This document shows positions 8,461-9,634 of a stretch of 9,634 nt of DNA, piece after piece. The DNA is from Takakia lepidozioides. Taxonomy: Eukaryota > Plantae > Bryophyta. The translations under genes were made by a program, and so were the position numbers. The notes under the pieces were generated by a model. It did not search any database. It worked only from the letters and a program-made list of their open reading frames with translations, and was not told the DNA's origin. The stretch is from the NCBI GenBank assembly GCA_030704615.1, contig JAKLZA010000338.1:1-9634 (forward strand), given 5' to 3'. Position 1 is the stretch's first letter, and each line of letters starts with the position of its first letter.

Positions 8461-9080
8461 TGATGGAAATTCGGCACCGAATTACCTGCATGATGGAAAT
8501 TCGGCACCGAATTACCTGCGTGAGGGAAATTGGGCGCGCCGCCCTACCTCCGCGGATGGAATTCGGCGCCGGATTTTTCCATCCCGCTTCCGAATTACCT
8601 GCTTGAGGGAAATTTCCAGCGCCGCCCTACCTGGCTGGATGGAAATTCGGCGCCGGATTTCCATCCGCGCACTTCCGAATTACCTGCCTTGGGAAATTTC
8701 CAGCGCCGCACTACCTGGTTGGATGGAAATTCAGCGGCGGATTTCCATCCGCGCGCTTCCGAATTACCTGCGTGAGGGAAATTCGGCGCGCCGCCCTATC
8801 TCCGCAGATGGAAATTCGGCGCCGGATTTCCATCCGCGCGCTTCGGAATTACCTGCTTGAGGGAAATTTCCTCAGGCGCCGCCCTACCTGGCTGGATGGA
8901 AAATTCGGCGCCGGATTTCCATCCGCGCGCTTCCGAATTACCTGCGTGAGGGAAATTTCCAGCGCCGCCCTTCCTCCGCGGAGGAAATTCGCGCCGGATA
9001 TCCATCCTGCTGCGCTCCGAATTACCTGCCAGGATGGAAATCCGGCGCCGGAATTCCATCGTGCAGCGCTCCGAATTACT
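8449..9080. repeat. 30-bp unit x2 grading into an 84-bp unit x about 6
   Basis: GAATTACCTG anchors at 8449, 8479, 8509, 8592, 8677, 8761, 8846, 8935 and 9019, with a degenerate copy at 9073. The 84-bp units carry GATGGAAATTCGGCGCCGGATTTCCATCC. Confidence 0.93.
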
Positions 9081-9126
9081 CAAACGTTGGAAATTCCAGG
9101 ACTGTTTACGTCGATTTTCATCCGAC

Positions 9127-9473
9127 ATGGAGGGCTTCATCGGACATTTAATTGCGCAGTTGGGCAATAAATGTCGACGGCCGTCGGTTATTATTCGGGC
9201 TGGCGACGCATGGCTTCCTGGACACGTACCCTAAAATCTCATGCTAAACTTGGCTTAACATGGTATTCCGGCATGTTACCCCAAAAAGGAGATCTTTTTG
9301 GTCTGGGACTTATGCGCCTGAAGGGCGTGGCTCTCCTGAGAGAGACCTCACATCCAGACCGCGGCGGAATGTTGAAAGCTCTGTACTACGGACGACGGCC
9401 AATTCTCTCGCATGGCCAAACGAAGCTCCAGCAGGAGATTCCAAGTGTCTTGCTCACAACCTTCGCAACCTGA
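9127..9473 (+). CDS. Possible small hypothetical protein (about 115 aa if one C is restored at 9229-9231)
   Basis: GACATGG start context. MEGFIGHLIAQLGNKCRRPSVIIRAGDAWLPGHVP joins LKSHAKLGLTWYSG...LLTTFAT* by a -1 shift at a C run, followed by a T-rich tract. No recognisable domain. Confidence 0.25.
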
Positions 9474-9634
9474 ACCGAGTACTCTCATGCAAGCCCCTTC
9501 TTCTTTCTTCTGTCTTCGGTTGTTCGATTTTATTTTTTTGCTTTCGCTTTGTGTACCCCACCTCGCTTTGTTTTTGCATCTTCACATCCTGGCTTTGCGG
9601 TATGAGTGCACTTTAGATAGTTGAGTGAACCTTA

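Larger units (their letters stand above)
1987..9080 (-). mobile_element. Mutator-like (MULE) DNA transposon with Foldback-type modular repeat arms; exact termini unresolved
   Basis: MULE-type DDE transposase gene flanked on both sides by arrays sharing the AATTCGGCGCC core. Left-arm modules recur inverted in the right arm. No true terminal inverted repeat pair found inside the window. Confidence 0.7.

Noticed and set aside
6823-9170. Many ORFs with MEIRRRISI / WKFGAEFP / DGNSAPN peptides on both strands
   Set aside because: These are translations of the palindromic, stop-poor repeat; the same peptides arise on both strands and frames switch with unit indels.
2134-9188. Classical long terminal inverted repeats
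   Set aside because: The reverse complement of 2134-2220 shows no match to 9075-9190 or to later sequence in the window.

Overview
Eukaryotic, repeat-rich window with no host housekeeping gene; the style suggests a non-seed plant or green-lineage genome, but this cannot be confirmed from the sequence. (1) 1-1670 is the 3' end of a Ty3/Gypsy LTR retrotransposon. Its integrase ends in a canonical PHD finger rather than a chromodomain, followed by a polypurine tract and a TGT...ACA LTR whose first and last 85 bp are near-identical. (2) About 2000-9100 is a Mutator-like (MULE) DNA transposon. Its minus-strand, one-intron transposase gene (6543->2950, about 1170 aa once two single-base frameshifts are repaired) has a GCM-like Zn/DNA-binding domain, a D-D-CxxH-E core, a Cys-rich module and a C-terminal SWIM finger. 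The gene is flanked by several tandem arrays (about 42, 73, 285, 53, 30 and 84 bp units), all built on one palindromic core, GAAATTCGGCGCCGAATTTC, and these include a nested fold-back centred near 8126. (3) A possible small divergent ORF lies at 9127-9473. All five coding lesions in the two elements are single-base losses, which suggests long-read errors and possibly intact elements.
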